From Camelus ferus (taxonomy: Eukaryota), in assembly GCF_009834535.1 (NCBI RefSeq), contig NC_045697.1:17920001-17984000 (forward strand): a DNA stretch of 64,000 nt, given 5' to 3'. Positions 25,206 through 38,217 of the stretch are shown here, one piece after another. The translations under genes were made by a program, and so were the position numbers. Positions within the stretch are counted from its first letter, which is position 1. Each line of letters opens with the position of its first letter. The notes under the pieces were generated by a model. That model made no database searches and had not been told where the DNA came from. It was given only the letters and a program-made list of their open reading frames with translations.

Positions 25206-26706
25206 TTTTAGAAATATTAAAAGAACCACAAAAAACTTTTAAAAGCTGTATACATCTATTTTTAAAAATCTGCATTTAAAAATATTTTATTGGGTGAACT
25301 GGAATTGAGTCAGAGATTAATTTTTTGGCAAACCTGTGAAAAGAACTCATCCCCCTCCTGTGTTGTAGACGTCGTGTTCTGTTCACTGGGAGAAACTCAC
25401 GAAGGGGCCTGTGGTCTAGGTTGCTGATGACATAGGTTTTCACTCTCATGACAGCTCCTTCTGGTTACCTGGGCTCCTATGTTTAAGAGGTTTCTGAGAT
25501 CTTAGCCAGGGTAAGAGGAAAGAAGTACTGGGATCTGTTAAAAATGTCTTTCTGAGTTTAAGATTTTAAGGCCCTTTGATGGAGGAGGCTTTTAAGATAA
25601 CTTGATTGCTCCTTAACTACTGAACTTAATCAGTGATGTCTGCTTAATTTATGGGAATTGAATCAACAATGAAAAATGTTGAAAAGGGAATTAATGTAGA
25701 TTGAGCACCACTGAGCTAGGCACTATGCTAGCTGTTTTCCACAAGATATTATTTAATCCTGCCAAGGTGGTTTACTTAGAGGAGAAAACTGAGACTTGGA
25801 CAAGTAACTTCATCAACTTCATACTGCTAGAATGACTGAGCAGTGATTCAGACTTATGCCTCTTTGATTCTGAAGTGGTGTTTTTAGGCATAAAAGCAGA
25901 TAGTAATTAATATATGATGTATAGTAATTTAATTTAAGGAAATACAAGGCTTTAGACATAAAGAATTTTGTAGAAATATATTATTATGAGACTATATAGC
26001 TTAATGAGATAAAATAGAATATTGAAGAAGCAGAAAGTAGGAAATAGAAAAATATCACCCATGGTTTCTGTCTTTGAACCCAGGACCTTGGTCATTTTGT
26101 AGTACCTCCTCCTGACCTTTTTTTAATATGCAAAGGTTTGTTTTACAAGGTTATGGTCATCATGTGTACATGGTTTTGTCCTTTGCCTTACCACTTTTGT
26201 CTAATAAGCATGTAGTTCATTTTATTACATAAGGATATTGGTGATTCAGTTGAACTCCATAAGAAAATTTAGACGTTCTTCTTTCCTTACATAATAAAAT
26301 GTTAATCTGGAGCTAAACCACAGTTCAAATTTTTGTCCTGCCAGAGTATGGTTCTTGATACTAAAAAATTCCTGAAATTCATATTTCATGTTAATTAGAA
26401 TATAAAAGCACTGGCTAAAATATGAAGCATTAAATTTTTTTTAAGTTAAAGTTATTTCTTGGAGGCTGTAATTTTATCTGTTATTTAGTGCTGGTTTTTG
26501 AGAGCATGTTCTGATAAAGTAATTTTCATCATCTTAAATCATCTGTGACCTATAACTTCAAGTTTTGTTGCCCAAGCCTCCGTTCCTCCCTTCCTGCATC
26601 CATCCATCCATTCATCCAATTGTTTATTCATTCTTTTTTAAGGGCTCAAAAAGAACTTAAAAGGCTAGTAATGGAGTTGAGCTATATTTAAAGATGATAC
26701 AGTAAA

Positions 26707-29700
26707 GATTTCTAGTCAAAATGGCGGAGTGGTAGGACCACGAGCTTGCCTCTCCTCGCAGCTGCAACAAAACCACAACTGAATGCTAAACAATCATTGA
26801 AAAAAGACTGGAACCTAGCAACAAAGATCCGCAACTGGAAACATAAAGAGGAAACCACAGCAGGTTGGTAGGAGGGGTGTGCTTGCAATATAATTGGGCC
26901 CCATACCCCTCAGGTCGGTGACCCATAAACTGAAGATTTGTTAAGTCGCAGAGGCCCTCCCACAGGAGTGAGAGCTCTAAGCCCCACGTCAGGCTCCCCA
27001 GCCCGGGTTCGGCATTGGGTAGAGAAGGAGACCCCAGTACCTCTGGTTTTGAAGGCCAGGGGGCTTGGCTCTGGGAGCCTCATAGAACTGGGGGAAATGG
27101 AGACTCCATTCTCTTGGGAAGTGCACACGGAAAGTCACATGCAACAGGTCCAAGGGCAGAGGCAGTGATTTCATAGGAACCTGGGCCAGATCTGCCTGCT
27201 GGATTTGGAGGGTCTTCTGGGGATGTGGGGGATGGCTACAGCTCACTCAGGGGACATAAAAGCTGGTGGCAGACATTCTGGGAGTGTTCATCTACATGAG
27301 CTTTCCTGGAGGCTGACATCTTGACTGGATCATTAGCATCAAGACCTAGCCCTACCCAACAGCCTGTATAGAAGCCTCAGGCCAAACAACATACAGGGTG
27401 GGAACACAGCTCCACCCATCATCATCAGACTTCCTAAGCCACAAAGGCTTCTAGACACAGCCCTACCCACCAGAGGTCCAGGACCAAGCTTCACCCAGCA
27501 GCGGGCAGGCACTGGCTCCTCCTGCCAGGAAACCTGCATAAGCCTCTAGTCCAGCCTCATGCACCAGGGGCATATACTAGAACTAAGAAAACAATAATCC
27601 CAAAGCCTGTGGAAGGAATCCACAGACACATAGAAAGATAGACGATATGAGTTGGCAAAGGAATATCTCCCAGGGTAAGGCACAAGATAAAATCCCAGAA
27701 TAAGAAATAAGTGATGAGACAGGAAATTTATGTGAGAAAGAGTTTAAAGTAATGATGGCCAAGATGTTCAGAGAATGCAAGAGAAGTATAGATGCACAGA
27801 GCGAAGTTTTTAGCAAAGAGTTGGAAAATATAAAGAATATCCAAACAGAGTTGAATAAAATCACTGAAATGAGCCATACACTAGAAGGAACCAAGAACAG
27901 ACTAAATGAGGCGGAAGAACGGATCAGTGAGCTAGAAGACAGATTAATGGAAATCACTACTGCAGAACAGAAAAAGGAAAAAAAGAATGAAAAGAAATAG
28001 GATAGTTTAAGAGAACTCTGGGACAACATGAAGCACACTAATATTCACATTATAGGGTTCTCAGAAAGAAGAGAGAAAGGGCCTGAAAATTTTTGGAGAG
28101 ATAATCACTGAATAGTCCCCCAACTTGGGAAAGGAAACAGCCACCCAAGTCCAGGAAGCACAGAGAGTACCTCACAGAATCAACCCAAAGAGGAACAACA
28201 CATCAACGCACATAGTCATCAAATTGATAATTAAGGATGAGGAAAAAATATTAAAATTAGCAAGAGAAAAGCAACAAATAACATACAAGGGAACTCCCAT
28301 AAAGTTATCAGCTAATTTTGCAACAGAAACTCTACAGGCCAGAAGAGAGTGGCATGATATATTTAAGTGATGAAAAGGGGAAACTTACAACCAAGAATAC
28401 TGTATCTAGCAAGGCTCTCATTCAGACTTGATGGAGAAATCAAAACCTTCACAGATGAACAAAAGCTAAAAGATTTCAGCACCACCATACCAGCTTTACA
28501 ACAAACGTTAAAGGACCTTCTCTAGTTGTCAAACCATAAGAAAGGAGAACAAAAAGAAGAAAGAAAAAAAAAAGAGAGACCTACAAAAGATTGCTTTGGC
28601 TGTTCTGGATCATTTGTGGTTCCTTATAAATTTTGGAATTGTTTGCTCTAGTTCTGTGAGGAATGTCATGAGTATTTTGATGGGGGTTGCAGTGTGTCTG
28701 TGGATTGCTTTGGGTAGTGTGGACATGTTGATAGTGTTGATTCTTCCAATCCAAGAGCACAAGAAATCTTTCCATTTCTTTGTGTCGTTTCAGTTTTTGG
28801 AGTATAGGTAACCTCCTTGGTTAAGTTTATTTCTAGGTATTTTGTTGTTTTTGATGTAATGGAAATATTTCTGCCAGTTATAAAATTCTGGTTTTTGAAG
28901 TGAAAAAAAAAAGTGAATGAAGGGCCACAAATGGCAAAATATCCTTTTTTATGGGTGAGTTGTATTCCATCACATATATTTATATATGCTGCATCTTCAT
29001 AAACTATTCACTATTGATGTGCACTTAGGATGCTTCCATATCTTGGCAATTATAAATAATGTTGCTGTTAGTAACGGGGTATATGTATCTTTTTGAATTA
29101 ATTCTAATTTTGTGGTTGGCTCTATTCCTTTGATAATTATGTAAGTTTTAAAAGATAAAGTTCTAAATGTTCTTAGAAACAGTGAACAGTAGATATATGT
29201 AAGTTAAAAATGCATGTGTAGTAAAAAAAAATGACCTATAAAACCATGAAAGACATGGAAGAAACTTAAAAGACATATTACTAAATGAAAGAAGCCAGTC
29301 TGAAAAGGCTACATACTGTACGATTCCAACCAAATGACATTCTAGAAAAGGCACAGCTACAGAAACAATAAAAAGATCATGGTTTCCATGGGTTTGAGGA
29401 GAGGGAGGGAGGGAGGAATGAATAGATGGAGCACAAGGGATTTTTAGGGCAATGAAGTTATTCTGTATGATACTATAGTGGTGGCTACATGTCATTGTGC
29501 ATTTGTCAAAACCCATAGAATGTACAATATCAAGAGTGAACTCTAATGTAAACTATGGACTTTGGTTGATAATAATGTGTCCATGCTGGTTCATCAATTG
29601 TACCAAATATGCCACGCTGATGAAGGATGTTGAGGGTAGGGGAGTATATATGTGTGGGTGGGGAGGGCTGTGTGTGAACTCTGTATTTTCTGCTCATTTC

Positions 29701-29750
29701 TGCTGTGAACCTGAAACTGCTCTAAAAGAATAAAGTTTATTAAAAAAAAA
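26707..29750 (+). mobile_element. Half-L1 (HAL1)-like composite non-autonomous retroelement: L1 5'UTR + ORF1 + patchwork 3' region + poly(A)
   Basis: 17-bp TSD AAAGATGATACAGTAAA at 26690-26706 and 29748-29764; YY1-type AAAATGGCGG near the 5' end; disabled ORF1 27647-28525; inverted L1 fragments ~28587-28862 and ~28927-29100; L1MC-like 3' end ~29225-29741; AATAAA 29729-29734; A9 tail. Confidence 0.85.
27647..28525 (+). pseudogene. Disabled L1 ORF1 (RNA-binding/chaperone protein)
   Basis: Coiled-coil (ELENIKNIQTELNKITEMSHTLEGTKNRLNEAEERISELEDR), RRM/CTD pieces (QEAQRVPHRINPKR, QITYKGTPIKLSANFATETLQARREWHDIFK), C-terminus LQQTLKDLL*; in-frame stops at 27701 and 27998 plus frameshifts. Confidence 0.9.
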
Positions 29751-32700
29751 GATGATACAGTAAAAAGAAGAATGTGTTAAGTGTCGACAGTATTCATAGA
29801 CAGCATTGAATACTCTGGAAAGTCAGAAGCTTTACAGCTCACTTGTATCTTAGCTGATCAATACAGTTTAAGGAGATGGAATTTGAACAGGTTTTAGAGG
29901 ACGGGTTAAAGTGTAAGCTTTTTGAAATGTAGTATCATTGATTTCACTGCATCATTTGATAATTCAAGCTGTTATGGTTTCTTAAATGCTTTGAAATCAA
30001 TCATTCCTCAGAATTAAAAATTTTGGCTTTTCAAACCAAGGGATTACTAAATTACCTATTCTGTGTTATTAATTACTTATTCCCTTAGTGTGCTCTAGCT
30101 TGAGACTAGCAGTTTATTCTTGCATGTAAACAGACCTAAGGGTGACATACTATTACTTGAGATTATAATTATTTTCTAATTTAACTTTGCACAACTCATA
30201 AGTTATCTTATTAAATAATTATATTTGAAAGGGTTAAAATGCATTTAAACATTATCCCTAGTCTAAAAAGCAAACGTTTTATCTGTTGCTGTGACACAGC
30301 AATAGCGTTTCATTGGCCAGTTTAGTTTTGAAATTGTTAGTGAGGAAGACTGGTAGCTGTTGAAGTAAATTGACCTTTGTTGCTTGATTTTTGTTGTGGA
30401 CCTGGCAGTGCTGCACGGATTTGTAGGTTCTACAGAACAGGATTTGATATTCATTTTTCTAATCTCACTCTTTGAGCCATGCTATGTATTTCACATGCGT
30501 TCAGTTGACAGATTTACATTTTGTGCCTGAGACTTGACTTTCTACATAGTTTTTAGCTGCCTGTTATGCCCTGAAATGTGTTATTCTACTATGTGGTATA
30601 TTGGCACCTTTATCATGACCCATGAAGTCTTAGGGAAGATATATTTTAATGCTAAAATCAGCATTAATTTATGTGCATCCAGATAGTTTTGTTTAGTTGA
30701 TGTTTCATTTGGTTATGTTTTTTTCAGGGCTTATTTAAACTCAAATATTCAAGGTCTGCTATTAGGGAAATGCCATAAACATTTGTCTACTCCCGGAAAG
30801 GCAAATGGAACAGCAAATGGAGATCAATAAAAATGACATTTCAGAATGCTAGCCTGCAATTTGTGAGTCATGCTGAGCCATGCAGCAGAATGAATTTCTT
30901 CTCCTCACACCCCGGGTTATGTGTTGTAAGTACAAATAAGGAGGGTGCGCTGAATAATCCTTAGCTCTGGAGAGTCTCAGGTTCTTCCTACCAAACTTAA
31001 AAAAAAAAACTTGTGTCTGAATGTTAAATTTAAAGCCATATGGTTGAATGATTATGATGTGATTTTGAATAGAGAGAAGTATGCACAAGATCTCAGTTGA
31101 TCTTTGTCAAGAGGAGGTTAATAAACTAGCAATAAAAGCTTTCTGAAGGACAGTTTCGACAAGGCACAAAAAAATACATCAGTGGAGTTTCATTTTACGT
31201 TGTTCTTCTTTTCCTTCTTTTAAAATAAACTTAGTGCCTTAAGATAGTCCTATATAGTGAGGGAATTGTCACACTAGCTCCTCATTGCTTTGAACTTTCA
31301 TCTCTTCCTGGTGATTCTGCAGCTTCTCCTGCATTCAGTTGGCATTGCTTGGTATGTGACAGGCAGTCCTTTTGTATGCGTTTAAGCAACAGGACCTGAT
31401 ACAGCATCATCTATTTGGGGAGCTTCCTTTCTCCTTTTTCCTATAAAGCCCTTGATTGTTTTCATCATTTATTCAACGATGAAAATTTACTTCTCTAACG
31501 TGAAACGTATGCTTCACCTTCATTGCTCTGTTCTGGTTCCTGACTGCATGTGTAGTAACTTTGTGTTTTGGGACTGGATCATAGGGTAATGGCAGTGACA
31601 CTCCACTTGTGGTCTGGCTGATGGCAGTTACAAATCACATCTCAATACTGTAGATGCTAAAATGTGAAAATGTATGCATCTTAGAAGTGATGAAATGGGG
31701 TGATTGGATTTTGCTTTGTGATCCAGTCTGACAGGCTTTCTTTTAATGGGTGGATATAGCCTGTTTTCATAGTGGATATGACAGATATGCTTGGTCTTAG
31801 TTTTGTTGTATTGTTTTATGCTTTCTGTTTTTATTGCCTCTTTTTATTCTCTTTCACGTTCTGGTCTGTGTTTGCTTTTCTTTTTTTAATGTGTGTTTCT
31901 TCTATATTTTTGTTCTAATCGTTGCTTTTGTAACTTTTTATACCATATTTAATCCTTTTTTTTTTTTTTAAAGATTGTCTTCATCTAAAAATGAGAATTG
32001 ATGACTTAGTATATTTCTTTTTCCTTTCTCTTTTTTTCTACGATTACTATCCAATTTTAGTTGATTATTTCTTTTTAGGGTTAACTTTTATGTCTTTCAA
32101 TAGTGCTTGTAGCTCTTTTGATTGTTCAGTTTTAAATGATATCTTTTGTCCCCTGGCTCTAAAACATGAGAAAATCAGTATACTTCCACTACCTCCCACT
32201 TTCTATTCCCCTTCTCCTACCACTTTTATTTAGATTTATATTATTTACATTTTGTACTCTACCTATAATACCCATATTTGTTTCTGTTTTTATTCTGTGG
32301 TTAAATGGATTTAGTGCTGACTGACAGCCCCTTTGCTGTACTTTCTTCTCTTATCTCCTATTTGCCTGAAATTCATCCTCTAGCAGTTTTAATTTTTTTT
32401 AAAAGCTTTTACTAATCAAAAATTTTTAAATAAAGATATCTATATGGCTATCATAAGATTCCATTTATATAAAAAATGTATAGCTCATAATGACGTCTTT
32501 CCTACACTGCTTTTTGTTTTCCTCCTAGTTAATAGCAGTTTTGGAATTTTTTGCTGTTAAAGTGCTGTTTGCTTAGTTATTTATGCACTTATCACTGATT
32601 CAACTGCAGACTCTGCCAGGATTATTTGAATCCTTTTAGAACATTCAGATGTAGCATCATCCATCAGTTTCGTCTTCTTGGAGAAATCTGTCCCAGAGCT

Positions 32701-33244
32701 TTCAGAAGTGCTCCCATTTGGGATGGTTGTCCTTTCTGCTTGGCATCCAGTTGTTCAACAGGTTCTTCATGAAGGATCAAGGTTAGATAACCATATACCC
32801 TGAGTTCTTCCAAGTCTATATGTTTGTTTAACTCCTTTGTTCTTTTTTTCTTGAAAGTTTTTTATTAGCTAACACATGGTAAAAGAACGTACGGTACTTT
32901 TAAGTCCATTAAGATACTTTTAAATATACTTAATAGTTCAATGTGTTGATTCAAACTTTAGGTTCTTAAAACATTTTTTAACAAGTATACTAGTCAAATG
33001 TTTCTACTATTAAGTCCAATTAATTTAGTTTTTAAAATCAAATCAAATCATCACAAAGAGACAAACATTCATAGTACTCATTGCTTTGAAATCATAGTTA
33101 CATGGAGGAGTGAAAATTAAGTTGGGAAACTAGAATCCATTTAATAAACTCTTTGATCAGATTCTCTGGAACAAAACCCCTCCTTTACCTACATTAGTCT
33201 TTTTTTTTTTCTGGTGGAAATACTCTTTTTTTTTTTTTTTTTTT

Positions 33245-36200
33245 TTTTGACGAGTTTTGACATGAAGGTATCTTGTGAAACCATCACCACAATTAAGAAT
33301 ATCATTACTGCCAGAAGTTTCCTCTTCTGCCATCGTCCTGTATTCCTCCGTCCCCAAACACCGCAGGCAACCACTGATCTGCTTTCTGTCACTATAGATT
33401 AATTTGCATTTTCTGGAATTTTGTATTAAGGAATTATACAATATATACTATTTTTTGAGGGGAGGTGTGTCTGGCTTCTTTTACTTGGCATAACTATTTT
33501 TGATATTCATCCGTGTTGGTGTGTGTATCATTAATTCATTCCTTCTTATTCCTGAATAATATTCTGTTGCAATGATATATTTTCACTTGTTTTTAGACAC
33601 TTAGGTTGCCTCTAGTTATTGCCTATCAAATAAACCATCTATGAACATTTGTGTATAAGTTTTTTTGCAGACTCATGTTTTTATTTCTCTTGGGTAATTA
33701 CCTAGGAGTAGAATGGCTGGATCATATGATAAATACATGCTTAACAGTACAAAACTACCAAGCTGTTTTCCAAAGTAGCTACATCATTTTACATTCCCAC
33801 TAGCAATTTATGAGGGTTCCAGTTTGTCTCCATTCTCCACAATACAATTATCTGTCTTTTTAGTTAATAACCATCGTGGTGGGTGTGATGTGGTAACACG
33901 TTGTTTTGATTTGCATTTCCTTGATGGCTAAAGATGTTGAGCATCTTTCCATGTGCTTATTGGCTATTTGTATATCTTCTTTGGAGAAATGTCTATTCAT
34001 TTTCTTTGCTATTTTTTAAATTGGGCTAATTTTTTTTATTGTTGAGTTACGAGTTCTTATGTATTGTAGCTGCAGTTCCTTTACCAGATATACTATTGGC
34101 AAACATTTTGCATTCTTGAGTTGTCTTTACATTTTCTTGATGGTATCCTTTGCAACACAAAAGTTTTTAATTTTGATTAAGTCCAATTTTTTTTTCTTTT
34201 ATTGCTTTTGATGAGTGTATTTTGAGGAAAAAAGTTTAAAATTTGAATGTCCAATTTATTGTTGTTTTAAATACTTTGTGCTTTTTAAGTCCTATTTAAG
34301 AAATTCTTGCCGAATTCAATCATTATTTTCTCCTGTGTTTTCTTCTAGAAGTTTCATAGTTTTAGCTCTTAGATTTAGGTTATGATCCATTTTGGCTTAG
34401 TTTTTCAATGTGTTATGACATAAGGGTCAGGCTTTTGAACTTCTTCAGCAGTATTTGTTGAAAGTTTTATCCTTTCCACATTGAATTGACTTGGCCCCTG
34501 ATTTAGTTTCCTTTTGTTGCGGTCATAGATTACCACAAACTTGGTAATCAAGTTGGTGGCTTTAAACAACACAGATTTATTCTCTTACAGTTCTGGAGGT
34601 CCCTAGTTCACAATCAGTCTCACTAGACTAAAGTTGAGCTGTTGGCAGGAGAGGGTGTTTCTTCCGAAAAATCAAGGGAGAATCTGTCTTCTTGCCTTTT
34701 CCAGCTTCCAGAGGCTGCCTGTATTTCCTGACTTGTGGCTCCTTTCGTCATCTTCAAAGTACGTCACTTCAGTTTCAGTTCTGTCATCTCATTGTCTTCT
34801 CCCTAACTTTATACTGCCGCCTTCTTGAAAGAACCCTTGTGATTACATTGGGCCCATTCAGTTAATACAGGATAATCTTCCCATCTCAAGATCATTGACT
34901 TAATCACATCTGCAAAGTCCCTTTGGCCAAATTCTTAGGTTCTAGGGATTAGGATATGGGCATCTTTGTGGGGGCATTGTTCAGCCTGCTGCAGCACCTT
35001 TGTCAAAAGGCTGTTGACCATTTATGTGGGTCTTTTTCTGGATTCTCTGCTCTGTTTTACTGACCCATATGTATATTTTTATACAATGATCACATTGTCT
35101 TGATTACTGTGAATTTATAGTAAGTTGTCTTGAAATCAGGTAGTGTTGAAAGTCTAATTTTGCTTTTCTTTTTCAAAGCTGTTTTGGCTGTTCTATATCC
35201 TTATCTTTTTCATATGAATTTTAGAATCATTTTTTTCAGTATCTACAAGAAGCCCTGCTGGGATTTTAATTGAAATTTTGCTGAATTTATAGGTAAAATT
35301 CAAGAGAATTGACATCTTAATAATACTGAGATTTCTAGTCCATGGCCAGGGTATATCTCTCCAGTTGCTAAATCATCTTTAATTTTTCTCTGTGACATTT
35401 TGTAATTTTCAGTGTAGTGGGGTTATGTATCTCTTGTCAGATTTATCCCTAAATATTTTATATTTTTAATGCTGTTTTAAATTGTTATGTTTCAGATTTC
35501 AGTTATTGCTGGTTTATAATATTGCAATTGATTTTTGTATATTAATCTTTTATCCTTATTAAGCTTACTTACTAGTCTTAGCAGCTTTTTTGAAGATTTC
35601 CTTAGGACTTTCTACATACATGATCATGTTGCCTGTGAATAAAGAGGTTTTAATGTTTCCTTTCTAATCTATGCCTTTTATTTCTTGCCTTATCAAAGTG
35701 GCTAGGATTCCCAGTCAGTGTTGAGTAGAAATGTTAAGAATAGGTAGCCTTGCTTTATCTCGGTCTCAGGAGGAATGCATTCAGTCTCTCATTAATATGG
35801 TGTCAGCTGTAGATTTTTCTTACATGCCGTTTATCAGGTTGTGGAAGTCCCTTTCTGTTTCTAGTTTTTTGAGAATCTTTATCACAAATGGATGTTTGAT
35901 TTCTGTCAAGTGCCTTTTTTTCTGCATCTAATGAGAAGATAATTTTTTTAGACTGTTATATAATGAATAGCACTGACTGAATCCAAACATTAAAGCAACT
36001 TTGCATTCCTGGGGTCAACTACACTTGATCATGATGTATTACTGCCTTTATGTATGTGTTTTTGATTGACTAAAATTTTATTAATTTTGAGTTTGTGTTC
36101 ATTAAGTATAGTGGTCTTTAGTTTTCTTACAACTTTTTTTTTGGTTTTGGCATTGGAGTAACATTGGCCTAATGAAATGAATTGGAAATTATACCCTCCT

Positions 36201-36250
36201 TTCTGTTTTCTGGAAGACTTCATATGGAATTGATATTGCTCCACTGTTTT
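33245..36250 (-). mobile_element. Old L1 (L1MB/L1MC-type), antisense, interrupted by an MLT1 LTR
   Basis: Long T-rich antisense L1 ORF2/3'UTR-like sequence (TTTGCATTTCCTTGATGGCTAAAGATGTTGAGCATCTTTCCATGTG etc.). Confidence 0.8.
34499..34993 (-). mobile_element. MLT1 (MaLR) solo LTR nested in L1
   Basis: TG...CA ends; AGATTTATTCTCTTACAGTTCTGGAGG and TAATCACATCTGCAAAGTCCCTT motifs; 5-bp TSD GCCCC/GCACC (34494-34498, 34994-34998). Confidence 0.85.
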
Positions 36251-38217
36251 CTTGTTACCAGTGAGAAATGTGATATCATTCTTTCGTGCTACAACAGAAG
36301 AATAATTGTGACAGAAAGAACAGATGGCTGTTCAAAAACTGTCTGATCCTTTATAGTCCCTTGCTTTTGAAGGTTTATCCTTTAGCCTTTTGGCAGAACC
36401 AGAGCAGCGTTTGGGGTGGGGCTAGTTCCTCCCCACTCCTGAGGCTGTCCCTCCAGAGCTCTCCACCTGATGCTTGTGGACGCGGAGGTGTCTCACTCTG
36501 CCCGGCGGTGTTCATCTGCTCCCCCTCGGCGGGTAGTCTTCTCATGCACATGCCAGTCAGTCCTCAGCACAGGCTGGAGGGGAACCTCAGCAAAGTTCCG
36601 AGGCTCCCTCAGTGTCATGCTCGCCATCTGCCCTCCGCATGCTCTGTGCATAAGGTCTCCCTGCTCTCCCCTGTGACTCTGGCCTCCCTGGCCACCACCA
36701 ATTCTAACTCTGCATGGTCAACTCAGTGTGCTCCATTGGGGTCTCCGTCCTGTGCTGCCATCTGTCCACAGGAGGAAGCGGGCAGCTGTTCCCACTCATG
36801 CCTCTGCTCCCTTCTCTTCTCATTCGTGGTTTGAGCTGCCACTTGTCCACACATGCCACATGAAACTGATTTCATATATTATCTGTTTTTTGAGGGCCAG
36901 GATGGTAAATGTGGTCTCTGTTGCTCTCTCATGGCTAGATGTGGACATCTTCAACAATGAACAGTTACTAATGGGCGGTAATAGTAGTAAATTCAGTTTA
37001 TCTATTGCTGAGGAGGGTACTGGTTTTTTCCACTTGCATTTCATGGCTCTGCTGACATTCTTACTGTGAATTACTATTAAGATTTCTTCTAATAGCGCTC
37101 TCCTTTTTCTTTCCAGTCATAGATGAAGCTGTCAAAAAAAAAACAGTTATCATAGAAATAGAAGCATTTAAATTACTGGCACAGTAAGCTTATTTCTTGC
37201 TGTAACCCATTCAGAACATCTATTTGTCACTGCCTTCGGTGCTCTGAAGTGAAACTGTGCTTAGATACAAAAAGTTTTAAAACCCACTTTGATTCTATGT
37301 CAAGTTTCCAGTTTTTATAGTGCAGTTCAGAGTTCAGTTCTATGGAAACCATATGACTCTTCTCAAACTCTTAAGACTCCTTTAGTGCACTGTTTGACAT
37401 GCTTAGATGGAGACATTTCTGACCCTTCATGAGCCCCAGTAATCTTACTTATTTTCCTTTTGTTTTCTTACTCTGGTTTCTTAGCTGGTATTGCATGTAC
37501 AAAATCAGTTTTTAAAACATATTAACTGTGATCATATTCTCTTTTTAATCATCAATAATAAAATGAAAAGAAAAAAAAGTAGTGATGTTGAAATCAGATA
37601 TAAGGGTGACTTGTAAGGGATCAAATAGGGTATCTGGTATTGTATTTTTTTTAGGCTTTAATTATTATTTTGCTGTTTTGGGGGTGAGCGTCTCAGAACT
37701 GCTTCCATCAGTACTGCTAAGAATAGAGGAACTTTGTAAGAACATTTTTGCTTTTAGGAGGTAATTTTTCTTGCTGAGTATGCCATAAGAAATTGAAGAA
37801 TGATCTTAATTTCTCATTTTAAAATGACTGTCTTACCGAGCCAGACTGTTTAACACTTCCAAGTTAGAACACATGGATTTGTCAATAAATTTAAAGGTGA
37901 TAGTAGTCTCCATTACTACTAAGTTGTTTGAGTAATATATTATATTCACATTTTAAATGGATATTGATCTTCATCCAGTGACTAAATTGCAGCATCTCAA
38001 TTCTCATGAAATCGCTGATTCTTTTCCACTTTGTAGGTATACAGCCAGACATAAATTCAAGCCAACATTCCACAGATTTTTTTGGTACCTTTGCTTCTTT
38101 ACGCGGTAGTCTTTGGAAAGTAATAATACTTTTTGCATATTAAAACTGTCAAAGATCAATTGTCTTTAAAGCAACAAACTTAAAATATATTCCTTTGTAT
38201 TTTGTTGTGTCTTGCAG

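Noticed and set aside
28581..28862. Ordinary twin-priming 5' inversion of an L1
   Set aside because: Twin priming gives an inverted 5' part joined to a sense 3' end of the same element. Here the 5' end is intact and sense, and the 3' end comes from a different, older L1 family with unique DNA in between.
36286..37069. Overlapping 182-aa and 113-aa ORFs in a GC-rich patch of intron 3
   Set aside because: Non-ATG starts, low-complexity Ser/Pro/Cys content, adjacent to degraded antisense L1; probably old repeat-derived, with no convincing exon structure.
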